A program made the position numbers and the translations under genes. Positions 1 to 9,754 of a DNA stretch of 64,000 nt are shown here, piece after piece. Positions within the stretch are counted from its first letter, which is position 1, and each line of letters starts with the position of its first letter. Source of the DNA: an uncultured Fibrobacteria bacterium (GTDB taxonomy: Bacteria; Fibrobacterota; Fibrobacteria; UBA11236); assembly GCA_963716395.1 (NCBI GenBank), contig OY970309.1:800001-864000 (forward strand), in the 5' to 3' direction. The notes beneath the pieces were generated by a model that was not told the DNA's origin, ran no database searches, and worked only from the letters and a program-made list of their open reading frames with translations.

Positions 1-2
1 CT

Positions 3-752
3 GAAGTGCAATCGTGGTTGCGCCAAAACGGCGAGTGGGGTTTTTATTTCTCGCCCGCCCAACCCCAAACCAACGGCTACGACAGTCCCGGTATTCGGGT
101 CTCGCTATCGGTGTTCGCCTTCATGCCCAAAATCGATCACCGCACCTTCGCCGAACGCCTCGCCGATCTCGAAGAAAAAAACCGCACGCAGGCCCGGCAA
201 TTGGAGGCGTTGAACGACAACCTGGCCACCCTGAAATCGGAACAGGAGGTGACGCGCCACGCGATGTATCAATTGGCCAACGGCAACCGCGGTCTGGCGC
301 TCGAAGGCCCCGAAGCCGAATTTCGGGTGCTGGTCGATTTGTACCAAAGCGAAAACGTGGATCCCGCCGCCGTGCGCGCGCAGGTGAACAAGTTGTTGGC
401 CTATCAGGATAAGGCCCACGCCGTGCTGAATCAAGCCGCGCGCGACACTTCGGCGACCGACGAAAAACGGGTGGCGGCCCTCCTGGCCATCGCTACCAGC
501 CGCGACAGCACCTATGCCCCGTTGCTCGTGTCGCTGTGCCGGGACCACAGCCCCCGCATCCGCCGCGAAGCGATCACGGCCCTGGCCCAGGTGCAACCGC
601 GCCTGCTGGCCACCGCCGTGACGCCCTTGCTGAAAGACCCCGACGACGCGGTGGCCCTGACGGCACGCATGGCCTTGCAGATGGCAAAGCCCGCCGCCGA
701 TTCGGCCCGGGTCGACTCCTCCGCGGCAGCGCCGTCGCAGCCGCCCCGATAG
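3..752 (+). CDS. HEAT-repeat protein with coiled coil (5' partial)
   Basis: Frame is open from the window edge. It has a coiled-coil segment (LADLEEKNRTQARQLEALNDNL) and HEAT-like units (LCRDHSPRIRREAITALAQV; LLKDPDDAVALTARMAL). Confidence 0.65.
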   Translation, partial: EVQSWLRQNGEWGFYFSPAQPQTNGYDSPGIRVSLSVFAFMPKIDHRTFAERLADLEEKNRTQARQLEALNDNLATLKSEQEVTRHAMYQLANGNRGLALEGPEAEFRVLVDLYQSENVDPAAVRAQVNKLLAYQDKAHAVLNQAARDTSATDEKRVAALLAIATSRDSTYAPLLVSLCRDHSPRIRREAITALAQVQPRLLATAVTPLLKDPDDAVALTARMALQMAKPAADSARVDSSAAAPSQPPR

Positions 753-845
753 ACCCCACCCCGGGAGCGAACCGGGCCCGTGAAAGTTCTGGCTCCGCAG
801 CCTGCGGACCCTGGGCGAAGGGGGTGGTGCGAACGGAACAAACCC

Positions 846-3305
846 TTAGAAGCCAGCCCCCAGGGATAGGAGCATGTTGGCGTAGGCGCTGTAACCCGCG
901 CCGCCCGGGCCCCAGCCCGCATGCAGGGAGAATTGGGTGATCAAGTCGCCGATGGCATCCTTATAGCGCAGGCCGCCCCCGATGCGCTGGTAGAATTTCT
1001 GTGCCATGGGAAGATCCTCGCGCCACAGGCACGGGCCCGCGTAAAAGCCCTGGCCCAAGCTGCTGTAGGCTTCGATGCGACTGAAGAATACGGCATTGTC
1101 GTCGGCCGTGCTTTGGTTCACGATTTCACCGATGACCCCGGAGTATTGATTCACCAACTGGTTGATCTCCTGATCGCGCAGGAGCAGGCGGAAGCTGCCG
1201 GTGTCGGCCAGCACCAAAGCCTGATGCACGTGGCCCGTGAACTCGGCCTCGACCCAGGAAATCAGCGAATGGGAAAAGGCCCATTCGCCTTCGATGCGGC
1301 CGTAGACGCCGCCCGTGGCGATATTCGCAGCGGGCAGGCGCAAGGTGAAGCCGAGATCCGTCCACAAGCGCCGGCCTTTAGCCTCTTGATCGCGCCCCAT
1401 GAGGTTGCCGCCGAAAAAGATAAAGGGATATTCGCGGTCCGATTGGGCCGAGAGGCTCAGCACCTGGCCGAGATTGGGCGAGTACAAGCCGATGCGACCC
1501 GTACCGAAATCGGCGGTCACCGTCCAGGCCGTCATATCGCTTTGCACGCGGTTCTCCAGAAACCAGCGCACCTTGCGCGGCGGCGGATCGGCGCGAAAGG
1601 CCACCCATTGTTCGGCCGTCTGACCGCCCAAGTCCGTGGCCGTTATGCGCGCGGGATAAATTCCGGGGCGGCCGGCTGTGAAGGACAGCTGGCGCCCGTC
1701 CCATTGGATCGGACTGCCCGGAGGCACTTCGGCGTGCAGCGTCACCGGCTCGCCCTGCGGGTCGACGGCCACGGGCCGGTAGCGCAGCGGCGGATCGCCG
1801 GCGCGGGAACGCCAGGCAGCGAGTTCGGTCACGAATTGCGGCGGTTGGGCCTGGCGCACCGGCAGGTAAATGCGGTGCACCAGAAGCGACCCCTGCACTT
1901 CGAAATGAAAATCGAGCTCCTGCGTGCCCGCCTGCATGGGGCGCAAATGCAACACGCCCCCGGCGAAGGCGGTGCTGTCGGAACCTTCGACCTGCTGCAG
2001 TACCACACCCTGCGCGGCCCAGGCCGCGGCGGTGGCGCCGGCTTTCCAAGTGTAGGACCGGCCCTGGAGCAACGTGTCCCAGGGCAGGTCGACCCGGATT
2101 TGCCCGGACCAGGGGATCTCGTCGGGGGTGATCACCTGCACGGCATACTGGAAATCCCGGCGCGACCCCAACGGGTCCTGCACGGCCAGGGAAAATGTCT
2201 GGCGCGACCCGGCCAAAGTGCTGTCGGGCGTCCAATCCAACTCCAGGCTGTCGGGGTCGAAGCGCATGCCGGGCGCCAGGGCCGTGGGCCAGACGCGCAG
2301 CAAGTAACTCGCGTGATCCGGGTCGACGGGTTCGGGGCGAAAGCGCCAGGGCTGGCCGATCACCGCCACCGGCTTAGGCGTGGCGGCCAACAGGGGCGGA
2401 CGGTTGAAATGCAGGCGCAGCGAAAACCCCAAGGTGTCGCGGCCGCCCTTGGCATCGCGCGCTTCGGCCGTCAGGCGAAAGCGGCCGCCTACGGTGGGCG
2501 TGCCCTGCAGTTCGTGCCGGGCCGCGTCCCAGGTGAGCCCCGCCGGCAGATCCCCCTGCAGACGGTAGGTCAGGTCGGTTGCGGGCGCGGTGGGATCGAT
2601 GGCCCAGACCTGATAGAAAAAAGGTTGGCCCACAAACAAAAGCGAATCGGGCGGAGGCGAAACGATGCGCGGTCCGCCCCGTTCGGCCACGCGCCGCACG
2701 CTCGTGAACCGCAACTGATCGAGCAGGGCGGCGGGCGCCAGCAAGGTGAGGTACCCGTCATGGAATTCGACCGTGAGCTGGTTGCGCAGCGGCGCGCCGC
2801 CGAAGGTGTCTTCGAACACCTTGATCAATTCCGCGCCGAGCTTGAAGGCCTTGCGCTCGCGGGGGCCCGTCACCAGGGCGGCGCGCTGTTCCCACGACGC
2901 GCTGCGGGTCTGGCCCTGCACGCGCACGACGGGCGCGGCGCGCAATTTTTCCAGGGCGTTCTCCGCCTGCAAGGTGTTCCACACGTCGCCATCTACCAGC
3001 ACGGCTTTGTTTTGGAAACGCATGATATCGCCCTGGCCGAGGCCGGCGCTGAGATCATGCACCAAAAATACGGGTTGGCCGACGGCCTTGAAGCGCGCGG
3101 CCAGGCGCGCCCCCACCGCCGAGTCCGAAAGGGTGAGCAAACCGTAATAGTTGAGCGCTTCATTGCCGTTGTCGGCCCGCGCCGGGAGAAACAAAAAGCC
3201 CAGGGCGACGATCAAACTGCCCCAGGAAAAAACGCGGGACCCGCTACGCCGCAGGAAGCGATGCCGCCGCCCGAGCGCGCAGCGATCTTTTTGCTCTGTG
3301 ATCAT
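846..3305 (-). CDS. Exported protein with several putative Ig/cadherin-like (He_PIG) repeats and a beta-strand-rich C-terminus
   Basis: Start reassigned to ATG 3305 (GAGG upstream). Signal-like LIVALGFLFLPARA; He_PIG motif LPAGLTWDAARHELQGTPTVGGRF; repeated DP-x-G motifs; ends in Phe (LSLGAGF). Confidence 0.7.
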   Translation of the reverse strand: MITEQKDRCALGRRHRFLRRSGSRVFSWGSLIVALGFLFLPARADNGNEALNYYGLLTLSDSAVGARLAARFKAVGQPVFLVHDLSAGLGQGDIMRFQNKAVLVDGDVWNTLQAENALEKLRAAPVVRVQGQTRSASWEQRAALVTGPRERKAFKLGAELIKVFEDTFGGAPLRNQLTVEFHDGYLTLLAPAALLDQLRFTSVRRVAERGGPRIVSPPPDSLLFVGQPFFYQVWAIDPTAPATDLTYRLQGDLPAGLTWDAARHELQGTPTVGGRFRLTAEARDAKGGRDTLGFSLRLHFNRPPLLAATPKPVAVIGQPWRFRPEPVDPDHASYLLRVWPTALAPGMRFDPDSLELDWTPDSTLAGSRQTFSLAVQDPLGSRRDFQYAVQVITPDEIPWSGQIRVDLPWDTLLQGRSYTWKAGATAAAWAAQGVVLQQVEGSDSTAFAGGVLHLRPMQAGTQELDFHFEVQGSLLVHRIYLPVRQAQPPQFVTELAAWRSRAGDPPLRYRPVAVDPQGEPVTLHAEVPPGSPIQWDGRQLSFTAGRPGIYPARITATDLGGQTAEQWVAFRADPPPRKVRWFLENRVQSDMTAWTVTADFGTGRIGLYSPNLGQVLSLSAQSDREYPFIFFGGNLMGRDQEAKGRRLWTDLGFTLRLPAANIATGGVYGRIEGEWAFSHSLISWVEAEFTGHVHQALVLADTGSFRLLLRDQEINQLVNQYSGVIGEIVNQSTADDNAVFFSRIEAYSSLGQGFYAGPCLWREDLPMAQKFYQRIGGGLRYKDAIGDLITQFSLHAGWGPGGAGYSAYANMLLSLGAGF

Positions 3306-3330
3306 TGCGCTTGGCACTTTGCCTTCCTCT

Positions 3331-3882
3331 TCAATATCCCCGCGTGCGTTTGGTCCATTGGCGAAAGGCGGCTTCCATAGCCTTGGACTCCGGGCTCGAA
3401 CCGTAGTCGACGGTGTCGGCGCCCACGAACCATTCGCCTTCATCCTGGCTCCACAAAACGCGGCCGCGGCGAAAACTGTGCGTATGGCCCTGGCCCTGCA
3501 CGCGCAAGGCGACAAAGCTGGCGGCGTCGGGCAAATGCCGCAGGATGAGCAGATTGCTGTCGGCTTGGGCGGCTTCGATGTAAATCGTATCGCCCAGACG
3601 CGTGAACAGGGCCTTGGCGTCACCCAGTCCGAAGGCCGCCCGGTAGGGTTGCACCGCCGCGCTGTCGTCGGAAGCATGCGAAAGGATGTGCACGGCCTCT
3701 TGCGACCAGTACAAATCGGTTTTGGCCGTAACGGTTTTGGCCTTGTCGAGATTGACCAGCGGCACCATGAAGATGATGCGCAACAGCAACAACACCGTGA
3801 TGATGGTGAGAATGTCCTCGAAGCTGATGGCCTCGCCCAGGGCCGCGCTGTTGTCCAGGGTTCGCCGCCGCCGTCGCATCAC
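3331..3882 (-). CDS. ExbD/TolR/MotB-like single-TM protein
   Basis: Basic N-terminus, then a TM segment with the conserved acidic residue (ISFEDILTIITVLLL). Overlaps the upstream ExbB-like gene by ATGA. Confidence 0.6.
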   Translation of the reverse strand: MMRRRRRTLDNSAALGEAISFEDILTIITVLLLLRIIFMVPLVNLDKAKTVTAKTDLYWSQEAVHILSHASDDSAAVQPYRAAFGLGDAKALFTRLGDTIYIEAAQADSNLLILRHLPDAASFVALRVQGQGHTHSFRRGRVLWSQDEGEWFVGADTVDYGSSPESKAMEAAFRQWTKRTRGY

Positions 3883-4973
3883 GCTTCCCCCGGCGCCGGC
3901 GGCGCCGCCGCCTGCTGCTTGGCGGCCAGAAAGGTCCGGTATTGCTTTTCATAATCCCCCAGTTCGCCCACGCGTTTGCCCACCTGCGCCTGAATGCGCG
4001 CGATTTGATCCAACTGCGTCGCCGAGTTGCGCAAGGCCTCGGTGAGCTTGCTCAGGTGGGTTTCAATCGCCTGCTGCGCATGCATCAGCGAGTGCTCCAT
4101 TTTTTCCCGGCGATCCTCCAAAGCATGCAATTGCGCCTCGGCGCCGTAATGCTTGCGAATCCACGGCTGCAGGCGCGTCAGATTCCAGTCGTTGATATGC
4201 GAGTTCACCATGTCGAAACCGTTGAGCACGCGTTCGAGCAGTTGCACGGTTACGAATTCGATGAAGATGGAAAGCGCCGTGGCGATGAGGGTGTTCAGAA
4301 TGGCGTATTGGTCGCCGTCGATGGCCTTGGCGATGTCGGCGATGAATTTGAACTCTCCCTGGCTGTCCGACAGGCCGAGTACCGCGCGTTTCATGGGGGG
4401 AAAGGTGAGGATGAGTCCGATTAAAGTGCCCAGGAAACCCAGCTTGAGCGTGGTGCGGTTAAGCGAGATATGCCAGGACAGGGCGCGGCTGTCGCCCAGC
4501 GAGCGGCGCTCCCAGGCGCTGTCGAGCAAGGCGTCGGAGCCTTCGACTTCGCCGCGCAGACCGAGTTCGATCCAGCGCAGCAGAAGATCGCGCAAATGCC
4601 CGCCGGATGTATGCTCCAGCAGGGTTTGCCGCAGCGCTTCCAGGTCGGGCTCGTCGCCGGCCGCGCGCAGCACTTCGATCACTTTTTCGGTGCCGGCCAC
4701 GCCCGGCAACAGGCGCCGGATCTGCGCCAGCGCCAGCAGTTGGCCGAACACGAAGATGCCGTAAATGAGGGCGAGAAAGAAAAAGAGAAAGCGGTCTTGC
4801 AGCCAATTCCCCTGAATCATGTACCATCCCCCGGCCGTGGCCGCGGCCACCAGCGGCAGGGGAAAGCTGGCGCAGATGCGCGCCGTTTTGCGAATGCGGC
4901 GTAAAGCCCGCTGCGCCTGCTCCAGCGGGTTTTCAGACAGTTGGAAAGACGGGGAGACCGGCGGTGCGTTCAT
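3879..4973 (-). CDS. MotA/TolQ/ExbB proton-channel family protein with C-terminal coiled coil
   Basis: Start ATG 4973 overlaps the upstream stop. Motif LGFLGTLIGL followed by TM AILNTLIATALSIF. Confidence 0.75.
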   Translation of the reverse strand: MNAPPVSPSFQLSENPLEQAQRALRRIRKTARICASFPLPLVAAATAGGWYMIQGNWLQDRFLFFFLALIYGIFVFGQLLALAQIRRLLPGVAGTEKVIEVLRAAGDEPDLEALRQTLLEHTSGGHLRDLLLRWIELGLRGEVEGSDALLDSAWERRSLGDSRALSWHISLNRTTLKLGFLGTLIGLILTFPPMKRAVLGLSDSQGEFKFIADIAKAIDGDQYAILNTLIATALSIFIEFVTVQLLERVLNGFDMVNSHINDWNLTRLQPWIRKHYGAEAQLHALEDRREKMEHSLMHAQQAIETHLSKLTEALRNSATQLDQIARIQAQVGKRVGELGDYEKQYRTFLAAKQQAAAPPAPGEA

Positions 4974-6103
4974 GGTTTCACTCCGGGCCGGCGCAGAAGG
5001 GGATTGTCCCAATCGATGCGCACGGCGGCGTTGAGGTGGACGTCTTCTTTGTTGCGGAAGGCCAATTCCAAATGCAGTACGGTAAAGCGCACGGCGCTGG
5101 GGAAGGATTTTGGAACCGGGATACCGAAGTCGGCGGGAAAGAAATCGGCCTGCACCTGGGTGTAGATCGCGCCGCCGATGAGAAAGCCGAAGCCGAAGGG
5201 GCCGAAGGGCGATGCCAGGTCGGCCAATCCGATTTCCTGCACCGGAGTGCGGTAGGCGTCGCCATCGAAATGGATGGAGTAACGCAGCGCCGCGAATTTC
5301 AGATGCAGGGCCTGGGACAAATTGCCCGGCAGCGTGACGCCCTTCTCCCATTGACGCACCAGCACGCCGGATGTGCGTGTGAGCGCCGCATGCGACGCAT
5401 CGATGTCCATCCAGTAAAACTCGGGAAAGGGCCGGTCGGCGAGATCGACCTCCCACTTCACACCCGGCACGCCTACGGCCGCATGCCACCACCAATATCC
5501 CGGGCCCCAGGCTCCCGCATTTCCGGTGTCGGCCGGATCGAGAAGCTGCTGCGACAGGCCGCCGCCGTATTGGCTGCGGTGCACGCCGACTTCGAAAGAC
5601 GTCCACCGGATGGGCCGATCCCGCCAAACAAAATCCACCCGGCGATCGAACTCGGGACCGGCGCCTTTGACCAAGGTCACCGCGCTCTGAAAATCCAGAC
5701 TGACGCCGGTCGGCCATTGCAGCCAGTCAAAGGCGCTGTCCCGGCGATCCCACAGGCCACGCCATACATTGGTTTCGGATGGCCGGGGCGTTCCCATGGG
5801 CTCCTCGCGGCGGACGGTGCCCCCCAACAAGGCCAGCGCAAAGCCGGGTAATTCCTGAATCTCCGTACCGGCGCGCAACAGCACCAACTGGGGATGCGCC
5901 GTGTCTTTGGCGGGACGGCGCACCAGCACCTGGTAATTTCCCGGCGGGGGATTGCCGGCGGCATCGGCAGCGCGCCAGAAGGCGCGCACCTGCGCGGTGT
6001 CCCGGATTTCGAACAGCGAGAGCGAGTCGGCGGCTGAGGCGGCGGCGACAAGCAACCCCGTCAGTCCTACCACGCAGCACGTGCGGACGCGGAAGAAAAT
6101 CAT
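4970..6103 (-). CDS. Hypothetical exported protein, beta-strand rich (possible outer-membrane protein)
   Basis: Signal peptide (GLLVAAASAA/D) and alternating aromatic strands. First gene of a translationally coupled operon. Confidence 0.55.
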   Translation of the reverse strand: MIFFRVRTCCVVGLTGLLVAAASAADSLSLFEIRDTAQVRAFWRAADAAGNPPPGNYQVLVRRPAKDTAHPQLVLLRAGTEIQELPGFALALLGGTVRREEPMGTPRPSETNVWRGLWDRRDSAFDWLQWPTGVSLDFQSAVTLVKGAGPEFDRRVDFVWRDRPIRWTSFEVGVHRSQYGGGLSQQLLDPADTGNAGAWGPGYWWWHAAVGVPGVKWEVDLADRPFPEFYWMDIDASHAALTRTSGVLVRQWEKGVTLPGNLSQALHLKFAALRYSIHFDGDAYRTPVQEIGLADLASPFGPFGFGFLIGGAIYTQVQADFFPADFGIPVPKSFPSAVRFTVLHLELAFRNKEDVHLNAAVRIDWDNPLLRRPGVKP

Positions 6104-6362
6104 GTTGATGCGATGGTTCTCAGCGGCCGGCCACCGCAGCGATGATCATAATATAGGCGGACTCCCGATTGCCCGGTGGCAGGACCACCGCGGCCGTACC
6201 GGTTGCCAACCGCGGCGTGCGGAACGAAAACCGATGGCTGACGTAACGCCGACCCGAAGGGTAGCTTTTCCCTTCGGCCCGCCTGCGGTCCGCATCGGGC
6301 GGACGGCAGGGGATTGGTTTCCTAACCTGTCGTGGAATGTCCGAGGCCGAAGGGGAAATGCG

Positions 6363-7355
6363 ATGGAACTGCGAAATTTGACCGTGGGGGTCGGAGCGGC
6401 GCTGGTCGACCTGCTGATTGAAGAGGACGACGCCTTTGTCGGCCGTCTCGGATCGGCCAAGGGCGGCATGACCTTGGTGAAGGCGGAGGCCATTCGCGCC
6501 GCCCTGGCGCAAACCGAAGCCGAGCCCACCATGGTTCCGGGTGGTTCGGCCTGCAACACCTTGGTCGGCCTGGGACGCCTGGGAGCCCGCGCGCGTCTGA
6601 TCGGGCGGTTGGGGCGCGACGCGCTGGGCGACGCCTTTCACGCCGGCCTGACTCAGGCCGGTGTCGAGGCCCGCCTGCGGATTTCCCCGGATGCGGGCAC
6701 GGGGCACGTGCTGTCCGTGGTCACCCCCGATGCGCAGCGCACCATGTTCACCCACCTGGGGGCCTCGTCGCAACTGCATCCGGACGACCTGGAAGAATCC
6801 GACATGCGCGACGCCGACTGGGCGTACCTCGAGGGCTACCTACTGTTCAATTTTCCCGTGGTCGAACGCGTGTTGGAGTTGGCGGGCCGCCATCGCGTGC
6901 GCGTGGCCCTGGACCTCAGCTCGTTCGAAGTGGTCGAAGCCTGTCGGGCCCGCATCGACGCGCTCCTGGCCCAGCGGCGCATCGACCTCGTTATCGCCAA
7001 CGAAGACGAGTCGCGCGCCTACACCGGATTGGGCGAATCCGACGCGCTGGCTTTTCTGGCCGAGCGCGCCAATCTGGCCGTGGTCAAATGCGGCAAACAC
7101 GGCGCCTTGGCCGCGCGCGGATCCGAGCGCGCCGACGTCGCCGCGCACGGCGTCACCGCCGTCGACACCACCGGTGCGGGCGATTTGTGGGCCGCGGGAT
7201 TTTTGTTCGGCTGGCAGCATGGGCTCGGTTTGGAAAGTTCCGCGCGCCTGGGATGCAAACTCGGCGCCGAAGTCGTGCAGGTGACGGGCGCGGCGATTCC
7301 CGCGGACGGCTGGCGGCGCGTGCACGCTTACCGCGACGAATTGATGCGGGAATAG
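6363..7355 (+). CDS. PfkB family carbohydrate/adenosine kinase
   Basis: PGGSACNT, QRTMFTHLGAS, DTTGAGDLWAAGFL. ATG 6363 follows a purine-rich SD-like GAAGGGGA. Confidence 0.9.
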   Translation: MELRNLTVGVGAALVDLLIEEDDAFVGRLGSAKGGMTLVKAEAIRAALAQTEAEPTMVPGGSACNTLVGLGRLGARARLIGRLGRDALGDAFHAGLTQAGVEARLRISPDAGTGHVLSVVTPDAQRTMFTHLGASSQLHPDDLEESDMRDADWAYLEGYLLFNFPVVERVLELAGRHRVRVALDLSSFEVVEACRARIDALLAQRRIDLVIANEDESRAYTGLGESDALAFLAERANLAVVKCGKHGALAARGSERADVAAHGVTAVDTTGAGDLWAAGFLFGWQHGLGLESSARLGCKLGAEVVQVTGAAIPADGWRRVHAYRDELMRE

Positions 7356-7377
7356 AGGTGAAAATAAGCGCGAAGGT

Positions 7378-8370
7378 TTACGGTTGCCGCGGTGCGGCGG
7401 CGGCCTTGCGCAAGCGGTCGTTTACCGCGCGCCCCAAACCCCTCTCCGGCAGCAGACGCGCATAAATGCGAACGCAGCCGGCAGCGTCGAGCCGGTGCAG
7501 CGCCGCGAAAAGCTCGGCGGCCGCGGCGCGCAGGTCGCCGGCCGGCGAGAGGTTTTCCACGCGGACGAATCCCGCGGGCGGATGGGGACCGAACCACAAC
7601 AAACCGCAGGACGACGCCGAAGCCGGAACCGCCGATGCATTTTCCGGCCACAGCGAAAGCGGCGTGCGGGGCGCATAATGCCAGGGCATTTGGCCCGGTG
7701 CCGAGGCCGGCGCATCACTTGGGTGACTCGGTTCGGCTGGCGGCAAAGGTCGGCGGCCCAGGGTCTCCGCCAAATCTTCGGCCACGACGCCCCCGGCGCG
7801 CAGCAGCACAGGTTCGCCGGCGGCATTCCAACCCAGGACCGTCGATTCGACACCTACGGCGCAGGGCCCGCCGTCGAGCACGCAGTCGACGCCGTCGCCC
7901 AGGGCCGCCGCGACATGCGCGGCCGTGGTCGGACTCAGGCCGCCGAAAGGATTGGCACTGGGTGCGGCCAAGGGGCCCGCGGCCCGCAACAGCGCCAGAG
8001 CCGCGGGATGCGCGGGCATGCGCAATGCCACGGTGGGCAAGCCCGCGGTGGCGAGATCGGGCACCGCCGGACGCTTGGGAAGCACCAAGGTCAATGGTCC
8101 CGGCCAGAAGCGCGCCATCAACGCTTCGGCGTCGGGCGGAAGGCGCGCGCACAGATCGTCGACCCGCGCGCGCTCGGCGACGTGCACGATGAGCGGATCG
8201 AAAAAGGGCCGGCGTTTGACTTCGAAGATGCGGGCCAGGGCGATTGGATTGAAAGCGCTGCCGGCCAGACCATATACGGTTTCGGTGGGCATGCCCACCA
8301 CGCCGCCGCGCCGCAAGGCTGCGGCCGCGCGGTCCAGGTTCTCCGGCGAGGGATCGAGAATGGGAATCAA
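7378..8370 (-). CDS. sua5: L-threonylcarbamoyladenylate synthase (Sua5/TsaC)
   Basis: PTETVYGL, PLIVH, FWPGPLTL, APSAN, GVESTV and a C-terminal SUA5 domain (APGQMPWHYAP...NDRLRKAA). TTG start inferred. Confidence 0.93.
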   Translation of the reverse strand: MIPILDPSPENLDRAAAALRRGGVVGMPTETVYGLAGSAFNPIALARIFEVKRRPFFDPLIVHVAERARVDDLCARLPPDAEALMARFWPGPLTLVLPKRPAVPDLATAGLPTVALRMPAHPAALALLRAAGPLAAPSANPFGGLSPTTAAHVAAALGDGVDCVLDGGPCAVGVESTVLGWNAAGEPVLLRAGGVVAEDLAETLGRRPLPPAEPSHPSDAPASAPGQMPWHYAPRTPLSLWPENASAVPASASSCGLLWFGPHPPAGFVRVENLSPAGDLRAAAAELFAALHRLDAAGCVRIYARLLPERGLGRAVNDRLRKAAAAPRQP

Positions 8371-8402
8371 AACCGGGTCGGGTGGGCGCCGTCCGCCCTG
8401 CG

Positions 8403-9113
8403 TCAGGGCTCGGTGGTCGCCGCCATGCGTTCCGCCTCGTGGACGGCGCCGGGTTGTTCGGCCGTGACATGGGCGCCGGTCCACTCCGCCGGTTCCTCGG
8501 CGGTCTGACGCCCCTTCGACTTTTGGAAGCGGGTGCGGAATACATCGTCCCAAAAACGCGTGGTCACCCCGTAATTGCGGTCGGGAAATTGGTGGTGGAT
8601 GCGGTGGTAGGCTTTGAGCTTGCGCATCCAAACGCTGCGGATATCCCAGTGATGGTGGCTGTGATGCACCAGCGAATACCACACGTATCCGGCCAACCAT
8701 CCGGCCAATCCGGCGGAAAAACGGGGAACGCGCAGCACTTCGGCGACCACGTACCACAGGCCGAACACCGAAATCGTGGTCATGAACCAGGGCATGGCGA
8801 TAAGCGCCAAGGCATCTTCGTGGTGCATGCGGTGGCCGTCGCCGAAAATGCCGTCGGGCTGATGGTAGACCCAACGGTGCACGATGTATTCAGTCAGGCC
8901 CCAGAGAAAGTATCCCAGCGCCAAAGCGGCCAACGCGAACAACGGACGCTCATGCTTGGCGAAAAGGTCCCACGCCAGGAAAAACAACGCGCTGGAAGAG
9001 TCGGCGATAAAAGTGAACCAGTAATTTTTGACGCCCAAGGCGAAATTTTCCAATAGCCACTTGCGCGCATTCGCGCTCAGCAAACTTTGAGTCAGCAAAC
9101 TTTTGCTTTCCAT
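8403..9113 (-). CDS. Fatty acid hydroxylase/sterol desaturase family protein
   Basis: Four His boxes (HRWVYH, HRMHH, HHSHH, HRIHH), NYGV motif and TM helices. Confidence 0.85.
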   Translation of the reverse strand: MESKSLLTQSLLSANARKWLLENFALGVKNYWFTFIADSSSALFFLAWDLFAKHERPLFALAALALGYFLWGLTEYIVHRWVYHQPDGIFGDGHRMHHEDALALIAMPWFMTTISVFGLWYVVAEVLRVPRFSAGLAGWLAGYVWYSLVHHSHHHWDIRSVWMRKLKAYHRIHHQFPDRNYGVTTRFWDDVFRTRFQKSKGRQTAEEPAEWTGAHVTAEQPGAVHEAERMAATTEP

Positions 9114-9291
9114 CACTTCGATGCCCTTTTCAGCATGGCGGGGCAAAAAATACTAAAAGGACAGAGAGTGACATTCTCGGACAATCCTATTCGCGGCCAA
9201 AACGCGGATGTGCCAGGCTGGCAATAAGTTTTTAAAAAGCTATCAAACGGGGGGCCGCAATCGGTGCGGCGAACAAAACAATTTCAAAGCC

Positions 9292-9603
9292 TCAGATAAA
9301 CAATTTGGCAATACGCGCCGCAATGGTTTGCACGGTTTTGTCGTCCAACTGATAATTCCCGCTTTGCACCAAAGACTTCAGGCGTTCGACCTTCATCGAT
9401 TGTTCGTTTTGATACGCGTTGCCACCCTGCGTTGAAGTCGCGCCCTGGGTGTATTGCACCGCGGTTTGCGTCAGGTCGACCTGATCCTGATTGTGCTCAA
9501 CCGGCTCTTGCTGGATTTTGGCATCCTTATTCGGATCTCTTTCCAGCAACGCTCGCTGGCTGACCAGCCGCGCCACTTGCGAAACGATTTGCGGAGAATC
9601 CAT
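9292..9603 (-). CDS. flgM: Anti-sigma-28 factor FlgM
   Basis: DQVDLT...KVERLKSLVQSGNYQLD...IAARI FlgM signature; 103 aa; sigma28 promoter match upstream. Confidence 0.85.
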   Translation of the reverse strand: MDSPQIVSQVARLVSQRALLERDPNKDAKIQQEPVEHNQDQVDLTQTAVQYTQGATSTQGGNAYQNEQSMKVERLKSLVQSGNYQLDDKTVQTIAARIAKLFI

Positions 9604-9664
9604 GACACACCATCCTACTGAAAGCCCTCCGGCTGAACCTCCCCATCTTGGGCCTTCATCAAAT

Positions 9665-9692
9665 TTATCGGGTGGGATGCCAGGTTACTTTA
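9665..9692 (-). promoter_or_regulatory. Sigma28 (FliA/SigD) promoter of flgM
   Basis: Minus strand reads TAAA-N16-CCCGATAA against consensus TAAA-N15/16-GCCGATAA, about 60 nt upstream of the flgM ATG. Confidence 0.75.
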
Positions 9693-9754
9693 ACCTTGAC
9701 TCCTGGAAATCCTGCAAATTTCGGCTACGCTTTGAAAAAGTTCAATCAAAAACC

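Noticed and set aside
3331-4973. Zorya ZorAB or flagellar MotAB
   Set aside because: The partner has no OmpA/peptidoglycan-binding domain, the tail is short, and there are no zorC/D/E-like neighbours.
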